Under the pieces are notes generated by a model, which made no database searches, was not told where the DNA came from, and was given only the letters and a program-made list of their open reading frames with translations. DNA of 64,000 nt from Syncephalis fuscata S228. Taxonomy: Eukaryota > Fungi > Zoopagomycota. The DNA lies in contig JAHLTZ010000010.1 of NCBI GenBank assembly GCA_025786725.1, positions 124,001 through 188,000 of the forward strand, read 5' to 3'. A program made the position numbers and the translations under genes. Positions 1 to 12,927 of this stretch are shown here, piece by piece (position 1 is the first letter of the stretch; every line of letters begins with the position of its first letter).

Positions 1-65
1 TGAATCCACCCTATAATACATTTATGGCAGTTAACACTTTATTCCTATTACTTGTATTATTACAG

Positions 66-268
66 GTTCCGCTTTATGCACCAGCTGATACCATTGTTGA
101 TGTACACTTTTGGCGTAGAACCAATTGTAAAAAACTTGGTATGAATGGAGTGTTATGATTTATGAGCCCATCGCGCCATCTTTCAATGTAGCAACGTCAC
201 GTCGTCGTCTAATTACCGCTTCTTCTATTCATAACACAAATGGCGAGATGTCATGGATTGGATTATAA
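66..268 (+). CDS. PRMT5: Last exon of protein arginine N-methyltransferase 5 (PRMT5/Hsl7/Skb1); gene begins upstream of the window
   Basis: After a CAG acceptor at 63-65: VPLYAPADTIVDVHFWRRTNCKK-(-1 in A run)-TWYEWSV...SSIHNTNGEMSWIGL*. This matches the PRMT5 C-terminal signature FWR..KxWYEW..S.IHN.NG..WIGL. Confidence 0.8.
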
Positions 269-1986
269 ATACCATTCGTGCGTTTTTCTTTTTTCTCTTT
301 ATCTGCACGCTTCTTTAATTGATTAAAATAAATAAGGGATAAATACAAAAATATTAACTAGCATTAAATAAATTAATAATGTATATTCTATCCTATAAAA
401 TAAACATGGAACTGGGTGATGAGCGACATTAATTAATAACATTCCATTCATGTACCAATACTGCTGTGTATTATGCTATCATATACTCTAATATACTTTC
501 ATCAAAGCCGTGACTATAAGACTAATGCTGGGCAGGTATTTAGTGCACATTGCTTACTATGGAATAATCATGAATTACTTTATAATTGCTCAAGCATAAG
601 AAATGTGTATAGATATATTAAAATAGAATTATAAGTATTACTGAACGTGACATGGTGTAATCGTTAATGTTTACACTACTACGATGACCAGCTAACTGCC
701 CTTCTTACATATCACTACAACATCGACAAAGAAATAAGTATATGTCATTTTTAATACTCTATCAATCAATTGTAAATATGTTTATTTACTTGAAAATGCC
801 ACAGAACATTCCTATTTGATATATGTTTTCAGATATCAAGTGTCTACTAAAAAGTAAAATGCAAAACTAAAATCAATCAGTTGTAATTATATATAGATTA
901 AATGTAAATGATACTTAATATCAGATATGCTACGTACAATAGACATATGTAAACTATTCAAGTATTTTCAGTTTGTTAGTATAGAGATAAATATAACAAT
1001 AGTATTACAAGTATAAATAAATGTAAAGTCAGTATGATATATATAAAGCATTGTAATTGTTTATTATTATTGAAGGTGTGTAGATATACTAACATAGCAA
1101 TCGACCAAATAAGTAGACAAAACAATCATATAAATAGAAATAAACCGTGTATTATAAATATTAGAATATACACAAGTGACTTGAATAATACCATTATATG
1201 TTATTACAGCTACGTGTATTGTATAAATGGTCTGTTATTGTTTCAGTCATGTACACGCGTTATTAATACGCGACAATCATGGTGGTGGCGTATTTATGAA
1301 AAGTAAACACAAGATCACGTGTTATGTGTCTATTTGTTGTTGTGATCACGCCGTTCAGTTCATCGGACTATTTACCGGTTTAGCAAAGGTACACGGACCG
1401 TTTAATATTCATGTCCGATGCAGGCCTGTTTTGGTTAGTGAGATCGTATTGAGCTGCATGAGTACAGGAAGATACTACATGTTGTATATACAAATATCGA
1501 TACAAATACTCGATCATATAAACTACTGGTGTGTGAGTGTAAGATAATTGAGTGACGATTTACTGTGTAAAAAGCCGCGCAAGATCAATCTGTAGTGCTC
1601 TATAACACTTTCTGTCTTGTTTGTTTATTCTGCTCCATCTTTTCACTTTACTACAATTTTGTAGCTTTTTTATTTAGTTTAACAGACAGTTCGTAAGGTA
1701 AGCAAATGCTGCGTCTGCGTATACGTTTATGTTTGCGTTGATTAATGGATGGTGCTATGACTGCTGTGCCAAGTTGTCCTGTTGCGTAACACTTTGCACT
1801 GTGCATGCTTTGCTTGTTTACTTTATTCAACCGCGTATTGCATCCTTGGCACTTGTTTAAGATTATTCATCCGCTTAAACTGAATAGTTTGGTTTGTTAT
1901 ACTGTGCTAGTGTTTGCGTTTCATATACTGTTTACATGGTGTTAATTACATAGTGTATGCTTTTGTTATAGCCAAAGTAGTTCAGT

Positions 1987-2649
1987 ATGACTACACCATT
2001 TCATACGCGCGGTGGCTTAAAAGCCACCGCCCTGCCATTGCTCGTTAAGAAACGCGAGTTTCCTGATACGTTTATTTTGCAAGGCAGCGGAAAGACCTTG
2101 AAAAAGGTTCGCGTAACGAAATCCGTATCACGACCGATACGTGATTTGCGTCCGCCATCTTTTGCTGCCTTTACGTTCAGCTTCGAGTTCAACTACCTCC
2201 TGTCTAGCTGGGCTCCATGTAAGGCAGCTCCAATGGAGGGTGTTGAGGCGCCAGATGCCTTCACCTTCCATTCACACTACTTCTCGTCCACTGGTGCTGC
2301 CTGCGAGGCGGTGCCAATGGAAGGTATCGAATATACCGGGCCGTGCCAGCCAGCATTGGTACAGCCAAACGAGAATGGAACGGCTCGTAAAATGGCCGTC
2401 CCAAAGTCACGCCATTGTGGTGTTGCACGCAAAACTAGTGAGCAAGCACCGGCGAGTGTGGGCAATGACAAGGAGGAGCGAAAGCTGGCGGTTCCAAAGC
2501 CGCGATCTCGCGCTACTACAAGCGCTGACCGCAAGCCGGAACCAGTAAATTCAGATGAAAAGCAGCCGGCTGGAGAGGATGATGATGAAGAGGAATACGA
2601 TAAATACTACGACGAGTATTTTGCAAAAGAATACTATGAGTATTTCTAA
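1987..2649 (+). CDS. Hypothetical 220-aa protein with internal duplications and an acidic Tyr-rich tail
   Basis: GC-richer open frame. Plausible 5'UTR intron (GTAAGC at 1698 to TAG at 1971) and 3'UTR intron (GTAAGT at 2655 to TAG at 2701). Repeats PMEGVE/PMEGIE and RKMAVPKSR/RKLAVPKPR. Confidence 0.55.
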   Translation: MTTPFHTRGGLKATALPLLVKKREFPDTFILQGSGKTLKKVRVTKSVSRPIRDLRPPSFAAFTFSFEFNYLLSSWAPCKAAPMEGVEAPDAFTFHSHYFSSTGAACEAVPMEGIEYTGPCQPALVQPNENGTARKMAVPKSRHCGVARKTSEQAPASVGNDKEERKLAVPKPRSRATTSADRKPEPVNSDEKQPAGEDDDEEEYDKYYDEYFAKEYYEYF

Positions 2650-3480
2650 ACAATGTAAGTAAATACAAAAATTAAATACAACAATGCTAATACTAGTATA
2701 GATATTATTATCATGGGCGGGACCTACAAGCAAGTGGCTCTGTACACCGGGCCTTGTCGTTCTAATATAGAACTTGACAAGGACTGGGAACAGCAGCCAC
2801 TTGTTTAATGGGCTAGCCATATTTGCCGTTTTCAAGTTATTTTATTTTGTTCTTTATATTTTGTACTAATAAATCAGTTTATAATCATTAACAATTACTA
2901 CAAACTAATACTAATACTAATTTTTAAGCAATTGGTACTTAGGCAATGAAATGCAACACATTATCTCTGGACTTGTAATTAATTCAAATTAACAAGTCGT
3001 TTATTTTAAGTAATATACTAATGAATATTATGTATTTACATCTATAGCATAAACTGTAGTTCAATTTAATCTATTCAAACTATATATATCGTGTATAATG
3101 GTATGCTTAGCCAGTTCCATAAAACTATATGAAAATTGTGCTGGCTGATAAATGAAGAAGTAACAGCACATGATAGTTACTAGAATTGAAAATTAAATCA
3201 AATAAAAATCAAATTATTAGTGGTTTCTATTCAACTACCGCATTACTGTTAGTACTATTTTGGACACATGCCTTTATTTTGTTGGATAAGCTAAAATGGC
3301 ACTTACCACATGCCATTATTCTTTTATAGAACCATGTTATCTGAATTTAAAAGTAGCTGCCAAGTATTTATTTAAATATTTTCACAGCATATACATCGTC
3401 CTATTCTTTATTCGCCTTTATCGACAATTCCATACAATTAAATTATACAATTATTTTCGATACAGTAGTTAGTTATAGCG

Positions 3481-5318
3481 ATGATAGCAAGCCATGCACA
3501 ACCATTGACAATATTTACATTGTTACTATTTTGTTCAACACAGCACTTTGCTGTAAACAGTGCCAACATATATGAATATGATTTTAACACAAAACCTTAC
3601 ATCAACCGCCCCTTTATTAGCTCTAGAGTCACTGGCAAACCAGTTTATGTGACACCTTACTATGGACCCACCGGTGTTGAAACACTTCATGCCATGGGTG
3701 TCAAAGGAAAAGGTGTAAAACTTGGAATTATTGATAGTGGGATTAGTTCTAGAGCTACTGCATTTAAAGGAAATCTTAAGCATAACCACAAATTTGTAGG
3801 CACTGATAACAACCAAGCTGAAGATCCAGCTAATTGCAATAATCGCGGCACAAATCTGGCTGGAATTGCCGTTGCAAAAACCAAGTATTTCACTGGAGTT
3901 GCACCCGAGGCAACACTTGGCATCTATTGCGTATTTGGCTGCACAGGTCCAACTTCAACTTCATTGGTATTGAAAGCTATAACAGCAGCAATCAAGGATC
4001 AAATGAAAATTATTGTATTGCCGGAAATTGCTGTCGTAGATGAAAAAAGCATCGAACTAAGAAAGACAATAGAAGATGCTACGAAAGATGGTGTGATTAT
4101 GATTGTTGCTGCAACAATCGATAATTTTGTAAATCAGCAACATTTTTCATACAGAGGCCTTCCTGTATTAAGCGTTGGTGGCGCCAAACAAAAGTACCGA
4201 CTATCGCATTGGTTTGAAGAGAAAACAACTGGCCGTCGTATCGAGTTTATGTCTACATGTTCAAACATGAAATATAACTTTAACAAAGAAATGGATATTA
4301 TTCCTAGAAATACTGTAGGCAGATTCAACGAATATCTTATTGGGTTTAAAAGAGGAGGCATCGCACTTGTGTGGTATGATAGAACAAAAATACTGACCTT
4401 GTTAGATTATGCTAAAGCAATAGGAATGACTGGTCTTATTATTGTAAACCGTCCTAAAACAGTCCACAAATGCGGTGTACCTTTATTTGATATTAGTGAA
4501 AAAGATGCTTTATTTATAGAAGAAGGCTACATCAATCAACGTGGATATAAATACATTTTTGCAGAAAAATATGGCTACATTAAGGATGGCAACGTTATTG
4601 TAGACACAGCTGGACCGCAGAATGAACCATTCATACCGCCTTTCTATCCTGACATCTTGGCACCAAGTCACGAAATTTACACTACCACCCATAGTAAAAA
4701 AATGGACGAACCTCATTTCAGCGATATATCAGCTGCTGTTGCATATGTTGCTGGTGCGATTGCACTGATAGCTGAAATTAATGACAAGAGTTTGATTGAC
4801 GTTAAATATGCCAAAGCTGTATTACAAAATAGCGCAGTTCCAGTCAAAGTTAATAATGCAAATTCCTACGTTTCTCCATTATATCAGGGTGCTGGCATGA
4901 TTAATCTTGCCAAGCCAATAGATACTAAAAGTGTTTATGTTTCTCTATCTTCAATTAATATGGGCATACCTATGCTAGAATAGTAAATATACCGATCAAT
5001 ATTTCAACTTTATCCGCCACATCACTACCGTATAAGCTTTCACATATTCCTGCTGCTGCAGTTTTAGAATCATCGCCTATTAGCAACATGCCATTAAAAC
5101 GATCTCTAGTTGCAACCGTTCTTTTTCCAAAATTTATTAATCTACAGCCAGATCAGACAAAAGAAATTATTGTAACAATCAGTACACCAACGAATATACA
5201 AAAGCATGAAATATGGTCATATTCCGGGTATATTGTAATTGATGCTAATCCAGGAATTAATGGATCACCATCGAGCCATGCTGTTTATGTTCCATATTAT
5301 GGAACAGTTAGAGGTTAA
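3481..5318 (+). CDS. Secreted S8 subtilisin-like protein with PA-like insert and C-terminal Fn3/Ig-like domain; catalytic site degenerate; -1 frameshift near 4975
   Basis: Signal peptide; GKGVKLGIIDSG (Asp motif); FTGVAPEATLGIYCVFGC; PDILAP; QGAGMIN. The shifted frame continues YKLSHIPAAAV...YSGYIVI...VPYYG* to 5318. Confidence 0.85.
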
Positions 5319-5582
5319 ACAGCTTAGATATAGACTATGCTTAACATTGTTTTGTTATTCATTGGCATTATTACTTTTATAATAGCCTAACTAATAAACA
5401 TATTATATTTTACTTCTACCTCTTGACTATTGTATTCAACATAGTGTATTTTCTGTATGGTATATTCAAATATTCTAATTTCTAAAAGCTTTTAATCTTC
5501 GTTTATGTAAGTTGAACAAACTGTATTAATCGTACAACATGCTGTGTGTCATTTAAAATTATTATACGTTTTGCTTTTATTA

Positions 5583-6313
5583 GCAATTTTATTAGCCATT
5601 AGTGTGATTCGGAGATTAATTGTCTAAATTTAATAATATATGCACATTTAAACTAAACATTTGTTCTATTAAACATGATGATGGATGGTGAATGACAGCA
5701 ATCATCAAATATTCACCATTGTAGATTTATTATTTAGTATGCATATACCTAGTATACATATATCACTCCCATTCTATTCCACACTATTATATAGCATTCT
5801 GTGATATACTAGACAAATTCTATTGTTTATATGCTCCAGTAACTTTACTCATTTCATCCATTGCTTTCTATACACTATAACTTCAACAGCACTTGTACAA
5901 TATAATGAATGTGCAATAAAAAGGTGTGCTATTACTTTATTATCTAGTAAATAAGCGCTATCTATTGCAACTGCCTTTATTGTTATAGCGCCATTATTAA
6001 TAAATTTCGACTTATTGAGCTTATTAAAATACATATATGTATATACTTGGGACCTATAACAAATTGGATGCGTCTATTATACCATAGAATGATATATAGT
6101 AGTATAAGATAGAATGGAAATGAAATAAAAAGATAGAGGGTATATGCATATTGAATAATAAATCTACGATAATGAGTATTTTGCTCATTGATGTCACTCG
6201 CCATCCATCATTTTGTTCAATAGAACAAATGTGTAGTTCAGTTACGCGAATATAATTGAATATAGTCATTTAATACCAAATCGCATTAGATTATTAATAA
6301 ATTGTTTAATATT
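5583..6313. mobile_element. Non-autonomous fold-back/MITE-like element with ~260-bp imperfect inverted arms
   Basis: 5651 aactaaacatttgttctattaaacatgatgatggatggtgaatgaca is the imperfect reverse complement of 6192 tgtcactcgccatccatcattttgttcaatagaacaaatgtgtagtt. Similarity spans about 5583-5842 vs 6045-6310. Confidence 0.7.
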
Positions 6314-6482
6314 ACTGTGATAATAATGATAGAAATAACACAATGACAAAAAACATCATTTACGCATTAGAAAGATAAATCGTTGGCTTATAAGCTTACA
6401 TAAATAAACAAATATACTATAAATATAAGCAATATATTTTTTATTGCTAGAATTACTATTTATCAATAAAAATATTCTATTA

Positions 6483-6821
6483 TTATGACTCCTCGTCTTT
6501 TTCCATCGTATTGACTGTTTGTACAGCGAGTAAAACATTTGCTTGAACTTGTTGTGCCCGTTGTTGCAAATCGGATAGATTTGCGTGTAGCTCAGGCACT
6601 AATCGCGTTGTTAGTTGACTGGCCTCTTTGGCTAGTTGCTCATCTAGTTCTTTGGCCGTTGTTTCTAACTGAACTAAAGTGGTTGCTGTCCAGGACAAAA
6701 TACGCACTGCTTCCGAATGATCTCCCTCATTTTCAGTGTTGTCAGACAAGTATGCGCCCAACGTCTGGTTTACCCAGTTCTCGGCTGTCTGTGCGTCATT
6801 CTTAAGTAAAAGCGACGACAT
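6483..6821 (-). CDS. 112-aa coiled-coil protein resembling the N-terminus of COG7
   Basis: Intronless ATG ORF. WVNQTL...LVQLETTAKELDEQL...TRLVPELHANLSDLQQRAQ resembles the COG7 N-terminal pattern as recalled. Confidence 0.5.
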   Translation of the reverse strand: MSSLLLKNDAQTAENWVNQTLGAYLSDNTENEGDHSEAVRILSWTATTLVQLETTAKELDEQLAKEASQLTTRLVPELHANLSDLQQRAQQVQANVLLAVQTVNTMEKDEES

Positions 6822-6918
6822 ATATTTTTAATAACACAAATGACAAGTGAACAATAGAAAGAAACAGCTAAATGGGTCGATTTATTTACAATAGTAATGA
6901 AACTATAAAGCAATGGAA

Positions 6919-7909
6919 TTATTTAGCAGAGCTTTGTTCCTCTTCACTTGGCATTTTTACGATGATCAATGGCATAGTGCAATTATGAGCACAATAGTCA
7001 CTGACACTGCCTAGCAATGTTCTGTAAATCGATAGGTATGATTAATAAACTATTATAATCATTACCGCCAATCTGTCTCGAGTATTTACCGTTTAAGCAC
7101 ACCTAATCCACGTGAGCCAAGTATCAATACATCCGCGCGTACTTCCTCGGATTTGCGCACTAATTCATCGCGGGCATCACCTCGAAGAGCGATGGCTTTG
7201 ACGGCAATCTATTGTCAAATAGATTTATTAAGCACTAGATATAATGCAATGTTAATCAATCTGCTTACTTTGTGATCCATTAATCGAGCCGCATAGTCTC
7301 GTAGAAATTGGTGACTGGCATCTCGATGCTATTAGTGCCATTATCCAATTTATAATGATCAATTAATCAACGTGTTATTGCAATTATTAGCAATAGCATT
7401 TTATTTATTTATCTTCCACTACTTACTGCTTTCTCGATAGTCATTGCATAGTCGGAAAAGTCGAGATAGCCGGCACCTAATCAATATCAACAGATGTATT
7501 AGTAAAGTGGCTTTATCTAGCGACTCGACATGTCGCCCGTCAAATACCAGCCACACCATATGGAGCAGGCACCGCAACTGGATTGCGCACGTTCAGCAAT
7601 ACGACCTAAATCACATGGTAAAAATAGAAAGAAAAGCTATGTTATAGAATAGAAAAGCGCCGCCACTATTCAGCCTACTAGATCGGTATCGGGCCTAATA
7701 AAGTTCTCGACTGCCCAGTCAAACGCATATCGGCCATGATCGCTATACTCGAGTGCCAGACAAACAACTCGCTTAAGCTGGGCCGTCTCCACCTCGGGGT
7801 GGTCCGATACCAAGTGTTCCTGTGCCTCTTGTTCAGCCAGTGTAGGCTTAGTTGTTGCTGTATCGGCCGCAGCACTGTCGCCACCACTATTCGCGTTAGT
7901 TGCAGACAT
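6919..7909 (-). CDS. Universal stress protein (UspA family), 6 exons
   Basis: Spliced product: RVVCLALEYSDHGRYAFDWAVENF..VVLLNVR..IAVKAIALRGDARDELVRKSEEVRADVLILGSRGLGVLKRTLLGSVSDYCAHNC. Contains the G-2x-G-9x-GS motif; GT-AG introns. Confidence 0.92.
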
Positions 7910-8482
7910 GGTTGGTTAGTAACGGTGAGTTGACTTGTTGGTAGAATAGAAAGGAAAGATAAGTGTGCAAGATAGTATTGTGCATAGAAGTCGTGTATAA
8001 ATTGAGGCGTGACATCTTTGCAGCTGTGCACTGATAAAATAGCTTTATAATGGATTCAAATCTACAACCAATTGGTTGTCATGCATGAATGTAAAATGAC
8101 GTCAAATGTGAGTCTTACTTGTGTTGTCCGACACCAAAACATTCACACTAAAATGGCAATGCATTTTTCATGCCATCCATCAAGGATAGTATACAAATAA
8201 AGCAATGGCTAATAATAATAATGCACATCTTAGTAATGCATGAAAATGCTCGGCATTCAAATCAACATAGTATAATGATTTGTGCATAGCATGAATCAAT
8301 GGCATAAATTGTCCAACTAAACATGGAAATGTAAAAATACATAATATTTTGTGCTAAAATAGTTAGCATGCGCAAACACACATGCGCATTTATTAGCGAA
8401 ATGTATCCATGAAGCATAATACGATAACGCTTAGAGTGTGTACGTGTGTGTGTAGATGGAGATGGTAGGCAATACCGTCGAC

Positions 8483-9797
8483 TTAACGGGACTTGGCAGC
8501 GACAGCGGGACGAGCACCCTTTTGTTGTTGCTTGCTGACCTTGGCGCCAGCCTGAGCGGGGCGGCTAGCCTAGATAGTTGCCCAACAATCATGTAAAATA
8601 TAATTAGCATTACATAATTAAAACTATATACTTTATTCTCCGCTTATCTTACCTTCTCGGAAGCCTTCTTCTTGGCCTTCTCGGCCTTTTCAGCCTTAGC
8701 CTTCTTGACGGCCTCAACGCGAGCAGCAGCGCGGACTTCTGGCTTCTGGTTACGCTTAGCCTTGATGGCATCCATGGTGGTACCGGCAATGGCGCGCTGG
8801 TGCTTGACAGCACGACGAGTGCGCTTCTTGGCGATCTCCTCAGTGATGCCCTTCTTGTGCATGCGACGGAACACCACAGTCCAGTGGATCTTACGTGGGT
8901 TCTTGCGCTGAAGGAACAACGAAGCCGCCTTGGAGCTGATCAAGCGGAAAGACTATATAACATAACAGTTATTAATTAATTAGTTACCAACTGATAGAAT
9001 TTCATAAACTCATCACATCATTGATGTATTGTAAAATATTAATAGTAAATAATATTACTAATAAAAATAATAATAAATTAATCATAAATTAATAGCGTAA
9101 AACCAATTTACGATTCTATTATTATTATTATTATTACATCATTACTATCTATCGATTAAAAGACTAATAATAATCGCTTCAATAAAAGTGACATTATCCA
9201 TTTACTTACACGGTTGTCCGAGCGGACATACAGGATTCCGTGACCCGGGTGGATCTTGTACCCGGTGAACGAGCAGATCTCCAACCTAAATAAACACAAT
9301 AAATACAGTTGTTAGTCATCTAACTAGCATAGTCTCTCTAGAACCCAGCAAAGCAATAACTCGCATATTTAATTGTTTATCTCATAGACTATACAGTTAG
9401 ATGTATATGCCATGTCAATAACTGTGTATATAGGGACTGTAATAGAGACATTCCTTCAAGTCATTCTACAGGGCGGCATTCACCCAAGCAAACTAGATAG
9501 CATTAACCTGCCATCTACTTTCATCCATCCGCGTTATTGTCGATGCATCTGCTAATTAATTTGTAGATTCATAGATTAAATGGATGCATAGCTTAAATAT
9601 ATATATATGTACTGGTCTATGATGACAAGCATCCATGTAGCGCGTCTAGTCATAATGATCTATATCCTATATATCTACCCAACTAGCACCCATCCATCTA
9701 TCCATCCATTTATCCATCCATCTATGCTATACATTACGCCAGCACGCTATCCATCTCTATAGTTATCTATCATAGTGTTTGTAGTTACGCACTTCAT
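8483..9797 (-). CDS. RPL24: 60S ribosomal protein L24 (eL24), 4 exons
   Basis: MK|[25 protein letters not shown]|..[41 protein letters not shown]. First exon is ATGAA at 9797-9793. Confidence 0.96.
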
Positions 9798-10058
9798 GTT
9801 GTGTGGTATGTGTGTTTTGGTACTCGATCGGGAGTGGCGACGTGCGAGAGAGGAGGGACCAAACTGATCCTCAGTAACCAAGACCGCCGTTTGTGTGGCT
9901 GATCGTGGTGGTGAGTGGGCAGCGGTGCTAACTGTGATACTATCATTCACCCAAGCCAGTTTCTATTTCCAACTCAACATGATCACACACAGTTTATCAA
10001 TCTCATTTGAACACAACACAATACTGAGTATTGCTTTATTGGCCAAGTATGAATCAAT

Positions 10059-11251
10059 CTACACTATTGGCATATCAGCAAGAACATTAAACGTATCCCC
10101 TACAGCAATTGGTTGACCTATTAAAATAATGTTAATAATGTTAATAATAATAATAAATAATGTTACTATAAACGTTTGCCAACACTTGCCAAATGCCACT
10201 GGAATAAGATTAACACCAAAACATGCTTTGTACTTGGATTTTGGATCTACCCGTCGATATGACTGCAGCGTCTTAAGTGGCTCGAGACCAGAAGATACGC
10301 CCTTGTCTGGATCAACATTGGGCAGTATACAGCGAACACATAGATTGGCAACATAAAGTCCATTAGTATTGGTGGTCGATTGAAGATAGGCATTCACCCA
10401 AGTATCCTCGGCAAATGGCTCGCCGTTACCAGCAACAACAATATTAGGGCGAAAACGACGCATATCAACCTGACGGTCTAGTCGGCCATTAAGATCTTGT
10501 AGTGATGACTCAGAAATGAGTAAACATGGATATTGATCGGCAAAAGCCGTCTAAATATTAAATTAGCAACGCAAATACAATAAATGCATAGTATATTATA
10601 ACTACTTACCTGTGGAGACAGATTGCGGTCATCTACATCTTTGGGCAAATTCTCTGTTACGGGACGTGTCTTGCCCGCTTTAACAAATATCCTGGCAGGA
10701 AAGCCAAGATACTGCGATATCCATTGAGCTACATCGTCACCCAAATCTGCTCCCTCAATAGGACCGCCATTAGATAGAATGGTTACCAGTGGCATTTCTG
10801 CACTAATTATTTATAATAATTAAATATAATTCAACTGTATACTATCCATTGTAGCAGTTGCTTACGTGGGCTGACTGGTAAGCCAAATGTCTTCTTGATT
10901 CGGCACAGTTAACCAAACACCATCAACTTGATGGGCATCGGCGCCCAAACGTGGCTGAATAAGTGCCATCTAACATACAATATAAGTATAAAGCATATTT
11001 ATTGATTATTAAACAGTAGCTGTCCTTACACTTGGATGTGTTCGTTGAGTAAGTACTTTATTGTCTTCTTCCTTGGCAATCACCCAATAGCGATCCCATT
11101 GCAGACCACCTACAGGTATAGGTAAGTATAAACAGGCATGATATAGCCAGTATATCGTACGTTCAGTTATAAGCGCATTATCCAGCGCTATTCCCCCGCA
11201 AGACTTGACGGGATAGATGTAAAGACCGGTCACTTGTAAAGTGGTAGACAT
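10059..11251 (-). CDS. MOSC-domain protein (mARC-like), multi-exon
   Basis: VTGLYIYPVKSCGG, DRYWVI, LTQRTHP, AFADQYP, MRRFRPNIVV, FAEDTW, C(V)RC..PNVDPDKG, CFGVNL. Confidence 0.92.
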
Positions 11252-11375
11252 ATGAGCAATAGAAATTGAAATCAACGTTACGCTTCACTTATTCCTACCT
11301 ACTCTTTTTAGTATATTTATACTGACGTAAAAATACGCCTTGACTTTTATTCAACGCATAGCCAACTAGTTCAAT

Positions 11376-11838
11376 ATGAGTAATGAGGCGACTATGACTG
11401 CAGAACAACAACAGTTGACACTTAATCTAACAGAGATTCGTAAATCATTTGAAGTAAATCACTATAACTATTCTATTAGCCATTGTTTTTATTAATATCA
11501 TTGTTGTATCTTGTTAGACAATGTTGTTAGAGTATGGTGAGGTTGTTCGTGGCTACTTGGAGTCGTGTGAAAGGTAATTGAGCATAATAGCTGCTTATAC
11601 TGTTAACTAAGTTTATTGCGCATAGTACGGAAGAGAATACAGTCTGGCAACCTAATACTAAAACGCTATCACGCGTTCGTGCACGATGGGAAGAAATTGA
11701 TGAACAAAGCGCACAGATTGAAGCCTTTCTAGTAGGTTATCAAGTATAAATAGCCAATAACTAATAATGAAATAGGAATTGATGAAAAAAGCACTACTTG
11801 AACAACAAGTAGCAGCCATGTCTATTACTGAATCATAA
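11376..11838 (+). CDS. Small 4-exon helical protein (~100 aa), possibly Mediator Med2/Med29-like; absent from the ORF track
   Basis: Three canonical GT-AG introns join into one frame: MSNEATMTAEQQQLTLNLTEIRKSFETMLLEYGEVVRGYLESCES...RVRARWEEIDEQSAQIEAFLELMKKALLEQQVAAMSITES*. Confidence 0.6.
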
Positions 11839-11901
11839 TATCATCATTACGATTATTATTAAACCATATTAAACTGTTAACAGTATTTGTTTATTGAACA
11901 A

Positions 11902-11955
<54 letters not shown>
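11902..11955. repeat. (TAG)~18 microsatellite between convergent 3' ends
   Basis: Directly visible. Confidence 0.95.
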
Positions 11956-11957
<2 letters not shown>

Positions 11958-12016
11958 TAGTAGTAATAATCGAATAATAGTATATCAACTATTAAAATAA
12001 TCTATAATGTTGCTAT

Positions 12017-12927
12017 TTATGCCACTAATCCTTCTTCAGCCAGTTTTCTTTCTAAAGCAATACGATAGAATGCGTGTACTTTATCGGCACCAGCCCGACA
12101 TAAATCATGACAAGCCACCAACTATTTTGTGTTAATAGTAAAACCTTTATAATATTTACTTACTTCTTGTTCCGTATAATCTCCAAATGATTCCATAAAT
12201 ACTAACTGATTACTTTCACGTTCAAACGCCATAGTATGCGTGGACTTTGCCGCCTTTAATACTCTATCAACACACATCTATTCAATAACACCAGTTTACT
12301 TACTGCTTCTTCCTCGGCCGTAGGATCGATCCATAAGTGTCCCTCAGAGGTAACAATGCAAGTAACGGCTGCTGGCACGATACGTAATGGAAGTCCGGCA
12401 TCTAGTAAAGCCATTGCTGTAGCATTTAAAGTAGCAGCAATAGACTGTAATCATACAATTAACAAATTTGTTTATATTACTACTATCTTATCCACTTACT
12501 GAACCAGCATCATTTAAATTTTGAGCCGTAATTTGAATTAACGTGCGCGGATGTCGATTCGCAAGTAATGATGACTCAGCAATGCCCTGCATAGCTGTTT
12601 CGACGACCTTTGCCTGTATGCCTATAAAACATAGTATTTTAGATTAGTAACCAGTTTAATAGGCCTGCTTTACTACTAATACTATACTCATCAATCCATC
12701 TGCTATTTACCTGGTATGCCGGTTGCCGGGCGATACTGTGTCTCTACCGTCGCTCTGTCAAGCTGTTCCTCGCGTAGTTTGGCCTCAACCGGGCCATTCA
12801 CCGAACATAGCGTTGTTGTATCGCCAAATCCAAATCGCACTGCTCCATCAGCACGCGCCAATACTCCTTGTGAAGCATTCATTGGACGCAATTGCGTAGC
12901 AGTTCTACCATCCTGACGTGAATCCAT
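12017..12927 (-). CDS. RRP46: Exosome subunit Rrp46 (RNase PH-like), 5 exons
   Basis: RQDGRTATQLRPM..GVLARADGAVRF..CSVNGPVEAKLREEQLDRATVE, HPRTLIQITAQ, LNATAMALLDAGLPL, IDPTAEE. Confidence 0.9.

Noticed and set aside
1034-1547. Short ORFs in AT-rich intergenic DNA (also many antisense ORFs in the track)
   Set aside because: No motifs or splice support; I/Y/N/C-rich translations typical of non-coding DNA, or shadows of real genes.
8954-9792. Intronic snoRNA in the long RPL24 introns
   Set aside because: A C-box-like GTGATGA in intron 2 has no downstream CTGA; no convincing H/ACA fold by eye. Needs Infernal/snoscan.
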